A stretch of DNA of 64,000 nt, from contig NC_068988.1 of NCBI RefSeq assembly GCF_001194135.2, forward strand, positions 70,752,031-70,816,030, in the 5' to 3' direction. Source of the stretch: Octopus bimaculoides (lineage: Eukaryota). This document shows positions 12,390 through 25,689 of this stretch, piece after piece. The notes beneath the pieces were generated by a model, which ran no database searches, was not told the origin of the DNA, and was given only the letters and a program-made list of their open reading frames with translations. Made by a program: the position numbers and the translations under genes. Positions within the stretch are counted from its first letter, which is position 1; each line of letters starts with the position of its first letter.

Positions 12390-13090
12390 TAATCTCTTCA
12401 GTTTATTCTGGCCGTTTTATTCTGCCAAGCCGTTTTATTCTGCTAGGTGGTGAGGTATTTGCTCACCTATTTCTGATATTGGGCTTAAAGTTATTTCCCT
12501 TGCCAAACTCAGAGATTTGGCTTGTGATACTCAGGAACAGGGATTTTTCAGTTTATGGTTGCTGTTGATCTTCATTATTTCGTTTACTGTATTTCTGTTC
12601 CTCTGAGCATCCAGCTCTGGGTTGATTTACTTCGACATATGTAACAACTAAGCTTTCAGCTTGTATCATTAAATCCATGCACTTAGTCTCGGTGCCTCCT
12701 CTGGGTACAGTTCGGTTAGGCTTTGTGGCCCTCGGTTACCATTAAGACTTCTAAATTTATTTTGACACCCTGCTTTGACTATTCTTCCATACTGCGATAG
12801 ATATGCGACTACTAGCAATGAATCTAAGTTGTTAGATGTGTCTTATTGCCATAGTTGTGTGCTTATGTAGTTGGGCATAAATGCCATAGATTTTAACGTT
12901 CTCATTTGAAAGAATTTCCGATATGTTCTGAAGAGACTTGTTATACTACACGAAGTCAGTGGGGATTCATCCCACTTTCGTCCTTCCGTTAATAGAGACA
13001 TATATATTTCTTCTTTAATCTCTTTTGGATTAGCTCCTGTGATAAAGATATGGTGTTCGATTTTACGAACTACTCCGAAATACATCTTTT
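12390..13090 (-). mobile_element. R4/Dong-like LINE remnant, pre-RT to RT domain 2 (inverted segment)
   Basis: Minus: LFRTYRKFFQ, TQLWQ, ISEIGEQIPHHLAE resemble the F..N.K.FY, FW..IW and I...I..HL..N motifs upstream of RT domain 3. Confidence 0.55.
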
Positions 13091-13149
13091 GTTGTGAGTG
13101 TTAGATATTAGAGTTTTCTACATTCATTTTGGAGCTAGTAATAACACAA

Positions 13150-14560
13150 ACAATTCTTTCTTTGGTACCACCAATACTCAGGATATTTTATATCATGTCG
13201 TGAAGCTCTGGAAAAAAACGCTACAACTATAAATTCTGGAGAGTCAATATTCATCTTTCAAGGAGACTAATTTTCTCTTTTGTCATTTTATTTAGCATTG
13301 TTTCCTTTTAGTAAATTCTCGAGTGAAACAAATTATGGAGACAAGAAGTATGTGAAATCCATCAACCAACTTCTTTATATGGATGAGTTGAAACGTTTTG
13401 CGAAAACTGATCAACAATTGCACGCGCTCTTTCACACAGCCACACAATTTAGTGATGACATCAAAACGGAATTTGGGCTTGACAAATGCGCCTAGGCTAC
13501 ATTTGTCAAGAAAAAGCTATCAAATACATGCAACATCGTCCTTGAAAGAGATACGGACAGAAAAGATTTAGAACTTGATGGTAGTTAGAAATATCTAGGT
13601 GTTTATGAAGGAAATGAAAATAAGCGCTCAATAGTAAGAGAAAAGTTAAGAAAGGAATGCTATCATTGAGTAAGGGCTATTTTGAGAATTGGATTCAATA
13701 CCAGAATCAAAAACTTGGGCCATAATCACGTAAGCCATATAATCACATACAGCTTCAATGTTATTAACTAATAATCTTTGAGATAACAAAGTTGTGAAAT
13801 CCGTAAACTAATGACTAGGCATCATATACATCGATTAATAACTTCCGAGAAAATAAAACTCAGTGGTTAATACAATCTCAATTCTATTAAGAACTGCAGC
13901 GATGGGGCTTCTTGCATACCTGCAAGAAGTAAGCAGTAGTATGTTAGAGCTGATTCTGAAACTCAAAGATACCAAACAGCTGCACTCAGTGACGTAAAAT
14001 GCAATAATACACCTTCGGGATATGCAGTGTGGTGAAGAAAATGCCGAAGAAAATACGTTACCAATTGAAAAGGCAAAACAAAAGAAAGACATGTAACTAA
14101 ACAAACCATCCTCCAATACACTAAGTAGAAATAGAAGCAAAAACCACAGCATGCCAAATACCATTATAAGGGCCAGGGACCCTGGTGTAGACCAAACTAT
14201 TACTCATCAGTGACTGGTGTGCTCTGGTCTCAAGCCGGAAACTGAAGGGAATAATATGGCTCCTCGGGATCAGTTCATTCTAACCAAAAATTACCAGTGT
14301 AGCGTTCTGGAACACGAAAACAATCCGTCCTGTCACGTATGCAGAGACCGTTCGGAGAAAATAGACAACATCGACTGCCACTAATAGAGTACTTGCAAAG
14401 ACCTGACAATATACCGCATATACAACCTCCATCACTAAGAGAGTTGGTGGGAAGATAAACCATCATAAGTAGTCGAGAATGCTGAAGGCACCATCCTTTG
14501 GGATTTCGGTTCTGAGAGTGATCGGAAAATTCAGAATAACCGACCAAATATTATTCTGGC
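13150..14560 (+). mobile_element. R4/Dong-like LINE remnant, RT domain 4 to start of REL endonuclease
   Basis: IFQGD, LLYMDELKRFAK, IKTEFGLDKCA, GLKPETEG, cysteine region, ILWDF...NRPNII. Confidence 0.8.
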
Positions 14561-16109
14561 TATTTAAGGTCATAGTTCACAACTTTGCTTTTCAGCCTCA
14601 CTGGGTCGACAATTGAAAACTGTTGTTTTAATCGATAGAACACTCCCTTCTATATTCTGGCCTTGCGCCTTTGTTGTTATTATTTATGTCTTCCTAGTAC
14701 TTGTTCTCGTTAAGAAAGGTGATAAATCTAACGAAGTACTGATGATAATGGTGTTGACGATGACACCAACGTGGACAAAGACAATGACGACAACGATTAT
14801 GATGATGATGATGATGATGATGATGGAGAGGATGCGTGGTGGTGGTGGTGTAGTGACGATGATATGGTTGTTTATTAAGACTTAGATTTACATTATCCTA
14901 ATAGCTTATTAATATCTATTTAATAGCTTATTAATAACCAAACTCTGATCCGTCCACTAAGCCATCAAGTGCTTTTCGTATAATCATGATAGTAATAAAT
15001 AATGACTGAGTTTATGGCGATCTTGTATCATAAGTTCTTTTAATTGAAATCAATGTATCCGTAGTATTTATGAAAGAAAGGTAAAAGATAATTTTTCCTG
15101 CTAAATGATATTGCAATGAAGATGATAGACACACCACACGATTATACAATTATACGCAATGCACGTGATGGCTTAGGGGTCGGGTTACTGACTAGTTATA
15201 ATATTAATAAAATGAGGATAGAGCGTTGGTTAAGAAACGAAACAACTAATTGCTGAAACAGTATGTCAAAATTCATTTGTTATATAAGAGAAAAGAAAGG
15301 TTGAGTAAAACGTTTATTATAGTTTCTTTATTCACACAACTACTGGTTTGGTTAACTTTTAGTATATGTGGCTGCTCTCAACATAGTAACATTTATTGGC
15401 GGTTGCAGAGAACTATATTATTGAGTAAAGTGTAATATTTCTCTCTTTGATAGTTGCTTTAATCTGTAATAAGGCTCTACCATTCAAAGTACTTATATGT
15501 TAATGTATAAAGTTGCGCTGGCGCCTATCTCTTTATATGTCTTTTAGGTACAATAGATCCAAAACTTATAAAGAGATGATGGGTTATCATGTACAATTAT
15601 CTGCAATGTGTATATTCAAACATAATTTCTTTGAATGCTAAAAGCCAATACTAATATTTTAATCCTCCTTGTATATCTTGATCTAGTAACACAGTTTTGA
15701 AACGGTTTATTAATCACTACACTTGTGACTATATCATTCGTATACCTTTGTGAGCCACTTAAGCCTAATCACTTGAAAATCACTAATTTTATTTATTGTA
15801 GCTGATGTTATTCACTGCGACAGAGGTTACTGCTAGTAACCATTAAAAGAACTTGTGATACAAAAGTTCCATAACATCTGTCATTACGTGTTACTATCAT
15901 GATTACACGAAATGCTCAAAAACACGAAAGTAAAAGAATAGGAATCAAGATATTTTCATAGTAAAACTATATATGTAATAATTTAAAACTGTAGAGAGTG
16001 AAGTAAAAAATACTACGGTTTTGACATTTCTAAAACTAATGACTGAAATGCAAATGCTCAATATGGAATAGATATTGCAAAGACTGTAAAATTAAATAGA
16101 CAATTATCT

Positions 16110-16500
16110 TTTATTTGTTTCAGTCACATTATACTGCGGTCATGCTGGGACACCAACTTCAAGACGTTTAGTCGAACGAATCAAACCAAGTGTTCATTGT
16201 TAACCTTGGTAACTATCTATCGTTTTCTCAAGCCAAACCAATAAGTTATAGGGACGTAAAAACATTAATACTAGTTGTCAAACGGTCAGGAGGCGTGGAA
16301 AAAACTGACACAAAGACATACTCATATATACATATATACGTCGAGCTTCTTTCAGTTTCCGCCTACCAAATCCACTCACAAGGCTTTGGTCGGCCCAAGG
16401 CTGTAGGAAAAGACACATGCACAAGATGCCACGCAGTAGGACTGAACCTGAACCATGTGGTCGTGAAGCAAACTTCTTACCACACAGTCACGCCTGCGCC
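16110..16500 (-). mobile_element. tRNA-derived SINE family A with downstream second module
   Basis: Head GGCGCAGGCGTGACTGTGTGGTAAG...GGTTCAGTCCTA at 16500-16435; the body at 16110-16290 is homologous to 22930-23060. Confidence 0.8.
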
Positions 16501-17665
16501 TATTATATCTTAATTTTACTGAAAGAATATGCATCTTACCGTCAGTAAAGTTTTAGAATATTTTGAAAGTAAAATTGCTGCTAACAACTAAAATATTATT
16601 CATGATATTTATATATTTAATATTATCATGTTTTATATCTATCTTCTTCTTTACATGTTCAGTTATTGACTGATTCATTCAATGCTAGTTATTGCTATCG
16701 GTGGTTTAGTAGAGCAGATGATTGACGGAAATGGAATATAAAAATTTATTTAATATATTACTCGCCAATAATTCAATTTATATAATGCCTCCCAGTGAAT
16801 TTTATTATTGTATATGAAATCAATGAAATATAAACAGTAAAGCATATTTGTATTAAATAAATGTCTTCAAAAACCAAAAAGTGAAATAGATCTAAAACTT
16901 AAAAATACATTAAACTGGCGATATATTTTTTCAAAGACAGACTATCGTTAGACAAAGCTGCTCACAACGGAAAGTATGATCTCATAGAAACAAGTCAAGT
17001 TGTAGATAATGATTGGCTTTTGTTAAGATATGCGTACAACACAAGGTTCAGAAATTTGAAGCAACACATTCGTATAACTTTTATGTCAAAAAGTGTATTT
17101 GACAACGTTGAATATTACTAAAATATGAACTGGTTTCCATGGTAGTTAGTATATTAAAGTAGAATAGATGAAATAAAATTTATTAAATTTCAATGGCTAC
17201 TTTTTTTGCATTTCTATTCTGTTGCAATTATGAACGGTGGATGCAGATTCACAATGAACTAATCACTAATTCTTTGATAAGGATGCATCTGTAACTCGAT
17301 ACATAAACAAATATTTCCAGGGGTATTTCTCACTTGATTTTGCTGACATTTATCGTTAACCGATAAGTATTCGCATACATACGCATAGACATAGGTGCAT
17401 ACGTATGCACACACATTCACACATACGTCTCTGTAGCTTTTCGGTAAACGAAAATACAGGAGGATCAGTTAACTATGATTTTATTCAACATATTCCCTTC
17501 TGACATTCACATATTTTTTGCAGTGATCCTTTAGTTTTTCTAAGCCCAGTAAAAGAGCAGCGAAGGATGGGTCTCCAACGTGGTCTTTCGCGAGAACTTC
17601 TCAGCACCCCTTTGTATATGCATATGAATATATATATATGCCTAAAACTATGAAAATACACATAC

Positions 17666-17720
<55 letters not shown>

Positions 17721-17917
17721 CACGTTACAATGAAGTAGAGAAATTTGAAAAGACAGCACAAAACCGATTATTTCTCAAAATATAATGTTTATATACCAAA
17801 AAGATTTTATAACATTTTTCTAACATTTTTCTGACATAATTTAAATATATACTTTAACCATGTAACACAAGCCTTCTGGAGTTTTTTCACTCTTATTATC
17901 TTTTATCTATCTCTCAA

Positions 17918-17954
<37 letters not shown>

Positions 17955-20293
17955 ATATATTTACATACATACATGCATGCACACATACCCACATACATAC
18001 ATACATTACATACATGCATGAATACATGCATACATACATAACTGTATAAAAGTGCAACGATACAATGACCGACTGCTAAAAACCTGATGCAATTTATACG
18101 TAGTCTGCGCGCTATACACGGATACAAAATCAAATTATTTTGTGCATTTATTATAGTCTTTTGCAGAAGTTTTGAAAAATGAAATTTTGTGTTTCATTCT
18201 TTCTGTTGTCAACAGTTTTCAATCAAATAGGGAAGATTTTAACAATGACTGTTAAAATGGTTCGGTTTAAAAATACAGAAAACCCGTTACATATTCGATT
18301 TTCTCTAGAGTTGATGTATAACTTTCTGTACGGTGGCTACTGCAGTATTACTATATACGAGTGTTTAGAAATATCGTGGCTGATATACAAATCAGGAAGT
18401 TACAAAGATTTTAAAGAAAATCGTGAATCAGGCAATTTAGAACTGGTGAATCTGCTATTCCTTTGTAGAATAAATAACATGGGAAATGCTATTTCTAACA
18501 TTTTAAACGATCGTACAGAAACACTCTCATTGCCTTAGGTGTCCAGAATTAATTTCCTGTTTGTTTTACGTCATAGCATCGCAGGTCCATCAGGAAGCCA
18601 GTTGCGCTGGAGAAAGAAGACTCACTTCTCACATTAATTAGAATAAATTATCTCTAGGATTCTGATGAATTTCTTTCCCTTAAGTTCTTTTTGCTTTTGT
18701 TGTTATATTTTTTGATAGATGTGATATTCTGTGTTGCTGCTGTTTAACCCAAGCCAGCAGTGATTAGGTAAAGTTGTGATCAAAGACTGTCCTACCATAA
18801 ACATCATTTTTCGGATTGGGTAAGTTTGCCGTTACTCGTGTATCATCTTAATGCAGTAGGGTATGGGTTGTAGAAATTTGGCTGCTATGTCTAACAAATT
18901 GAATGACCACTTAGAAGCTTCTTCATTAGATTTCGATGCCTTTGTCACTGACGGGGGTGTAGTGTTCATTAGTACTACTCTTTTTGTTGTTGCCGTCATC
19001 CTCGTCGTCATCGTCGTCGTTGTTGTTGTTGTTATTATTGTTGCTATTGTTGTAGTTGTTGTTGTTAGCCAGGGTTTCACAAGTGTTAACCTTTTTGATA
19101 CTAACCATCCTGAGACTTCCCTTAGTTTTATGACACAAAAGTACTTGTTTTTAAGTGGTCTGAATGAAAATCTCTCATCAAAATTTCATCTTAATTTGTT
19201 TCAAGCATCACATTTATTAGGACAAAATTATTTTACTAAATTTTTAATTATTTTCAAAATTAATTGAAATAAAAGCAATGGGTTTCAATAGAAATACTAA
19301 CAAATGGTTCAAGAAAGCATTAGAGCCTGAAGATCAGTACAAGGTTCCAACAGTTAAAATGGAGCAGGTACAATCTGCCAGCGCCCCTCGCTAAAATAAA
19401 AACGAATCGAAAATCACGCAAAGAAAACATAGCAGATTTCTTTAGTTAAAAGTGAAATTGAGAAAATATTTTCAGTATCAGTGGTTGTTTTTGTTTCAAG
19501 TGAAATCATGCATATTCAAACTTTAAGACTGAAGCAACATTTGATTCGTAACTTTGTTTACAAGTATCCTGACTCATTAAGTTGGGAATGCTGATCAATA
19601 CCAATGTATTTGGCAAGCACGTACTTGTGGCAATGAATAGCATCAATGTTGAAGTTCAGATAGCTTTCCTGAGTTATTATCATATTGGTGATTTGCTAAA
19701 ACTGCCCTGTAAAAAGTGCTCTGTAACAGCTTAATAGACAACTTATTTCTCAACTGTTAACAAGCAATTTTTAACCATTAGATGTCTGCATCAATAAACC
19801 ATTTAAATATACGATTTATTAAAACCAACAATTTACAAATTCATTTTTTTGTTATCACCCAGAAATGCATACGTTTCATGAACGATTATTCCAGTGACCA
19901 ACTTCTGCATCAGCGGGGTGTATGATGCAGGTTTATCTCTTCATTCCTGTTCATCAGGGAATTAAGCTGTCCAGCTATTCTTTTATGGCAGCATATCAAA
20001 TTCTTTAGGTACAATTACTTGTATTTGCACACAGCATGGAAATTTTCCAGTTCTTTGTATTCTGTACAAACAATCTTCTCAAACAATCTTCTACCCTAGA
20101 CTGATAGCCCATGCATTAATTAAGATATATTACTTGTAATGACATTCTTTAATCAACTCTAGCAGGAAATTTTCGACAAGATATTTTAAATGAATTTGAA
20201 GATTGAGCAAACTTGTGACTGTATTTGGATCTTCTTTGCTTTTGCGAGCAGCAGAAACAAGCTGTATTATCATCTCACACACAAGCATTTTAA

Positions 20294-20513
20294 TATTGGT
20301 TTCAAATTTTACCACAAGCCCAGAAATATCGGGAATGGGGTCAGGTCGAATGCATCGGTCCTAGTGCTCAACTGGTACTTATTTTATCGACCCAGGAAGG
20401 GATGAACAACTAAGTCGTTCTCAGCAGAATTTGAACTCAAAACTTATGGACGGGTGAAATCCCGCTAAGCATTTTCACCCGGCATGCTAAGGATTCTTTC
20501 AGCTCGCCACCTT
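20294..20513 (-). mobile_element. tRNA-derived SINE family B
   Basis: Minus AAGGTGGCGAGCTG...GAGTTCAAATTC...ATAAGTACCAGTTGAGCAC...AAATTTGAAACCA; at least 8 further homologues in the window. Confidence 0.85.
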
Positions 20514-20542
20514 CACAAACATTTTTAGTATTATAACAGAAG

Positions 20543-20760
20543 AAGACGGTGATCTGGCAGAATCGCTAGCACACTGGCCGAGATAGGTAGCGATATTTCC
20601 TCCGTTTATACGTTCTGATTTCACATCCTGCCGAAGTTGACTTCCCCTTTCACCCTTTTAGTGTCGATGAAATAAGTACCTGTTGAACACTGGGATCGAT
20701 GTAACCAACATGATACGTTATCTGAAATTGCTGGCTTTGTGCCAAAATTTCAAACGAATA
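20543..20760 (+). mobile_element. tRNA-derived SINE family B
   Basis: AAGACGGTGATCTGGCAGAATCG...GTCGATGAAATAAGTACC...GTGCCAAAATTTCAAAC. Confidence 0.8.
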
Positions 20761-21654
20761 TTACTACAGAAGGAAAACAGCTTGAATACAGGAAATGTAA
20801 TTCTTTATAACTATTTGCTTAAAGCAAAATAGCTTCTAAATAATATTCAAAAGGGAATCAGTCATAGGAAATTTCCTACGAGGAGTTTCTAACGTTATCT
20901 CATTTTTTTGTTTCCATTACCGATTTTTGCTTGCGTCTTTTACTTATCTTTCTTTTGACGCTTCTCTGGGTGTTGGATTTCTGACAGCATTTTGAAAGTT
21001 AAGGTTTTCGCTATACATACATACATACATACATACATACATACATGCATGCATACTCACACACACACGCACAGGCACACATGCACACATATATACTCTA
21101 TTACTCGCTTTCTTACTACATTCTTCTGTATTCTTTCATTATTGTCTTATTTCTTTTAATATGGTAGAGTTTCTAATATTCGTATGAGAATGAGAACGCT
21201 CGGCAATCATGCTTTCGTAAATAATTGTTTCAGAATATGTATGTATTCGTGAGCATACGCTCGCATATGCATACGAACTCTCTCATTGAAATCCCTCACC
21301 TTCTGAACCAGCGGTATATTCACAATGTAACAGCTGACGATAGAAAGAAAAGTGACACAAAGAGTAAGAGAAAGAGAAGGAAACACATTGACATAGAGAG
21401 TGAGACATTGTGGCATCCACTTTAAGCTGAGTAGATTAAAGCATAGTTAAACAAAGAGCTTTGCTCCGGAACACAGCGTGCTGCGCATCTAGGAATTGTA
21501 CCAACGACATTATGATAGTCAACCGAACTACCTAACTGAATCTACACACGCGCGCATACACACACTCGCTCAAACACAAACACACACATTCACACACACA
21601 AACACAAACACACACACATATACGTAAGCCCGCGCACACACACAGAAATATATA

Positions 21655-22914
21655 CAGCGATTGGAGTAAATAATGGAAACACCTTAAAATTTCAAACAAT
21701 TAATTTTAATATGGGGTAGGACCACTTTTGGCAGTAATTACAGTTTCAATTTTACTCGTACAAAATTTGAATTTTCCAAAGGAATGTTTGTCTATTCTTC
21801 AGCTAAAACAGTCTCCAGTTCTTGTAGTGATGATGGTGGTTGATATCGACTCCTTACTTGTTTTTCTAAAATGCACAATAAACGTTCAATAATATTGATA
21901 TCTGGGGACTCTGGTCGCCAGATAAGATGTTCAACTTCACTAGAATGTTCTTCGTGCCATAAAGTAACAAATTTAGCTGTGTGAATTGGTGCAATATCAT
22001 CCCGAAAGATTGCGTTTCCCTCCAGAAACAGTTCTGCAACTATAGGATGAATTTGATCAGATAAAATGCTTAAATAGTCTTGACTACTAATTCTGCCATG
22101 AAGGGAAACCAGTGGGCCGGCGGATTTCCACGAAATACCCCCACACACCCCCTCCCCCAGATAATCGCAGATCTTTCTCCATGTTTAACAGTTGGAAGAA
22201 GGCAGTCTAGGTCAAATGCTTCTTTTTGGCTGTCTCCACACGTATACTCGGCCGGTGGTCGGAAGTAAGGTAAAAGATGACTCGTCCGAGAAAACAACAT
22301 TCTTCCACTGCTCTGGGGACCAATTCCGTAAGTTTTTATTCCACTTTAAACGTTACGCAACGTTTGTTTTTGAAAGTAGTCGTTTTTTGATTACAGCACT
22401 CCCGTGAAATCCGGCTTTGTGCAGCTTCTGGCGAACAGTTTTGGTGGAAACTGGGCTCTCGATGTAGTCAATAAGCTCTCCAGTAATTTTGGGAGCTGTA
22501 CTTTTGTGATCCTTTCTAACAATCCGTGTAAGAGTCCGACGATCTCTATCTGAGAGTTTTGGTTTTATTCTGGAGTTTTGTTTCCCTCTTTCTCAAAGGC
22601 TGTCATTAATTTCGAGACAGTACTTCTTGATACACCAAATATTTCGGCTGTTTTCGTTACGCTAGCGCCTGAAATACGAGCAACAACAATTTGACTACTT
22701 TGAAAGTCCGATAGATCTGTCATTTTAATGAATTTTAATTAACTTTTTTTGATGATAACTGAAAGGAAACAGCAATTTTAGCAAAACATATTAAGCAAGA
22801 CTAATAATAAATTAAAACAAAAAACAAAAATAAACAAGCTTTTAATGGTTTTATAGGTATTTCAAAAGTATGATGCTAGGATGCTAGGTGTTTCCATTAC
22901 TTTGTCCAACCCTG
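21655..22914 (-). mobile_element. Tc1-like DNA transposon, full length, disrupted transposase
   Basis: Imperfect ~29-bp TIRs ending TAATGGAAACACC with TA flanks; ATG at 22723 MTDLSDFQSSQIVVARISGASVTKTAEIFGVSRSTVS (HTH); DDIAPIH...WRPESPDINIIE. Confidence 0.92.
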
Positions 22915-22929
22915 TATATTTGTATAATT

Positions 22930-23060
22930 TATTTCATTTGTTTCAGCCATTAGACTGCAGACATGTTGGGGCACCATCTCGAAGAAATGTTAGTCGAATT
23001 CATCGACTCCAGGATATTTTTAAAGCCTGGTACTTATTCTATCGATTTACTGGTTTATTG
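22930..23060. mobile_element. SINE body fragment
   Basis: TTGTTTCAGCCATTAGACTGC...GTCGAATTCATCGAC...CCTGGTACTTATTCTATCG matches 16110-16240. Confidence 0.6.
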
Positions 23061-23189
23061 GTTTACTGATTTTCCCCCTTTTAAAGGGGAGAAACTTGTA
23101 TTTTATGTGGAGTATGGACAGCTTCATGGAGTAGTCGCTTCAAATGGATTGTTTTGACTTAACAGAAGCTCAAAAAACCGAAAGTGGTT

Positions 23190-23980
23190 ACGAGACCATG
23201 GCCAAAAGAGGCAGTTACGCGTCAGCAGCCCAAGTCAACAGCGACGGAGTGAGTATCAGGACAAACCCAAAGTATACACGGAATTACTACAGAAGGAGTG
23301 GATGGATGTGAGATTGACACCCACCAGAAGAGGTTAAAGAGAGCACCAAGAGGAAAACCGTATGATACCGCATCTTTTCACTGGCAACGAAAAAAAAAGA
23401 AATAGAGATGGCCTCTAAGGATGCCGTCTAAAAATGTCTACGCCAAATTTGGAGTGAGGCGAAATTTTTAACAAAGCGCGAAACATTTTGGGACGGATGG
23501 AAGCGAGGTTTGCTTCAGAAGAGGAAACTTTAAAACACTAACACACCCCTGGAATCGACAGAACTGGTGTTACTGCCGACTTATCTCGGAAGTAGGACAT
23601 CCAAAATTAAAATTGATTAAGTCCCTCCTGAAATTGACGAGATGTGGTTGAACTTAAAAGAAGAAGGAAAAATATTGAAAGCAGCCAAGACACAACAACA
23701 AAATTGGGGCTATGGCCTGAATGTAACAATCCAGATCACCCCAAGTGACCTAGAAGAGATCTCAGATCAAATTATCCTACCAGACGAGACCAATCAGAGA
23801 ATTAGAGTAGAGGGCAGAAGCCTAAGGTGTTATAAATGTGGGGGAAAATGGTCACTTAAAGGTCAAGTGCCCACAGGTTTGCAACATGAGGCAAACCCTG
23901 CTCCTAGTACACCACTACAACCAGAAGAACCAATAAGCGTCAGTTCTGAAAAACGTTTCTCAACTACTACTACTGCTTAA
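23190..23980 (+). pseudogene. Tx1/L1-like ORF1 (gag-like zinc knuckle) remnant
   Basis: LPTYLGSRTSKIKI.VPPEIDEMWL...QQQNW...IRVEGRSLRCYKCG, with a frameshift restoring GHLKVKCP (CCHC knuckle). Confidence 0.65.
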
Positions 23981-25059
23981 ACAATTAAAAACAAGAATTC
24001 ATATAAAATATTAGTACAACTAATATCTGCTGCCCACTACCTAAAACTCACATGAGTTAAAAAAAGAGAGACAGAGACACACAGAAGAAAAGGAAAATGT
24101 CCCTTGCATTTGAAAACTATGGTGATATTTTTTAAAAAACACTTCATTTTATTTTTTCACCATTTAATTGTTTTTCATGCTTTACTCTAAGTTGAAAAAG
24201 TCGCAAAGACTAAAACCGGTACTAAAATGTTCTTCATGATAAAATTATTTTAGCATTTTCTACCTTGTTTTATTTNNNNNNNNNNATATATATATATATA
24301 TATATATACACCTTTTAATTGTTACAGAAGTGACTTAGAAGTCGGGTTTTGCACGTATTAAGTGTATCATGCTATGCGCAAAACTCGCCGCATGAATCGC
24401 TTTCCTAACTTACTGACGATTAAGTATAATAGTATTTATAACTATATACTGAGTTTTGTTTGCTCAAACAAACTTATATAAAGACTATGTTTGTGTATGT
24501 ATGCATAAACGTTTACAAACATTTTATACACACGCACACACAAAATATTTTTGTATATCCGATAGCAAACTTTGGTATAGTATGAAAAATAATCATTCTA
24601 CGACATCAGTAATATATACATGTATAAATAAGTTCACATATCTACATATTTGTGTTGTGTGTATATGTATACACACATATACATTATATGCATATATATT
24701 TATATACATTCCTATATATACATACACAGAAGCACATATGCACACACATGTAATATATATATATATATATANNNNNNNNNNNNNNNNNNNNNNNNNNNNN
24801 NNNNNNNNNNNNNNNNNNNNNNNNNNNNNNNNNNNNNNNNNNNNNNNNNNNNNNNNNNNNNNNNNNNNNNNNNNNNNNNNNNNNNNNNNNNNNNNNNNNN
24901 NNNNNNNNNNNNNNNNNNNNNNNNNNNNNNNNNNNNNNNNNNNNNNNNNNNNNNNNNNNNNNNNNNNNNNNNNNNNNNNNNNNNNNNNNNNNNNNNNNNN
25001 NNNNNNNNNACAAAGCTTTCGTAACTCCGATGTTATAGCAGACGACACTTACCCAATTT

Positions 25060-25142
25060 ACCCAAGGTGATACGCAGGGAAACGGAATTTAAAACCATGC
25101 GGTTGAAAAGCAACCATCTTGCCACACGGCCACGCCTGCGCC
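25060..25142 (-). mobile_element. SINE family A head
   Basis: Minus GGCGCAGGCGTGGCCGTGTGGCAAG; the rest runs into a gap. Confidence 0.7.
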
Positions 25143-25203
25143 GGGTAACTGATTTCCACAAATATACATCGTTTAATTTTTCTGTCGTATGTATGTGCAA
25201 CTG

Positions 25204-25266
<63 letters not shown>

Positions 25267-25689
25267 CTATGTATACGAATGTATATAAATACATTTACAC
25301 ATTATACATAAGCTTATACACATACACAAATGTATAGGTATGTACGCATATACATCACCGATGCGGTAGCATGGTTATTTTTCATAAATACCAAAGTTTG
25401 CTATTGGGTATAAAAAAATATTTTAGCCGTCACTACCTTCATAATAATTGTTTAATTAATTTAATTCACTACACAGATAAGACATTTGTAAACATGTCAT
25501 ATTTATTGTATCATCTCACCGTGGACAGTGAAAATATATATGTGCCTTTATATGTATGTGTGTGTGTGCGTGATGTCTAACTGTCTGTATGTAAGTGTGT
25601 ATAACTGTGCGTGTGCGCACCGCCCACGTGTGTGTGTGTGTGTGTGTATGCCATTATTCAATTTCAATAAAGTTTTTCTTTTTTCGGCT

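Noticed and set aside
18560-18825. Possible host exons from strong GTAAGT/GTGAGT and TCTCCAG signals
   Set aside because: Only short unrecognisable peptides; such signals occur by chance at this scale.
19905-19930. 8-bp hairpin CTGCATCA/TGATGCAG as a SECIS or other ncRNA
   Set aside because: Too short, and SECIS core spacing is not met.
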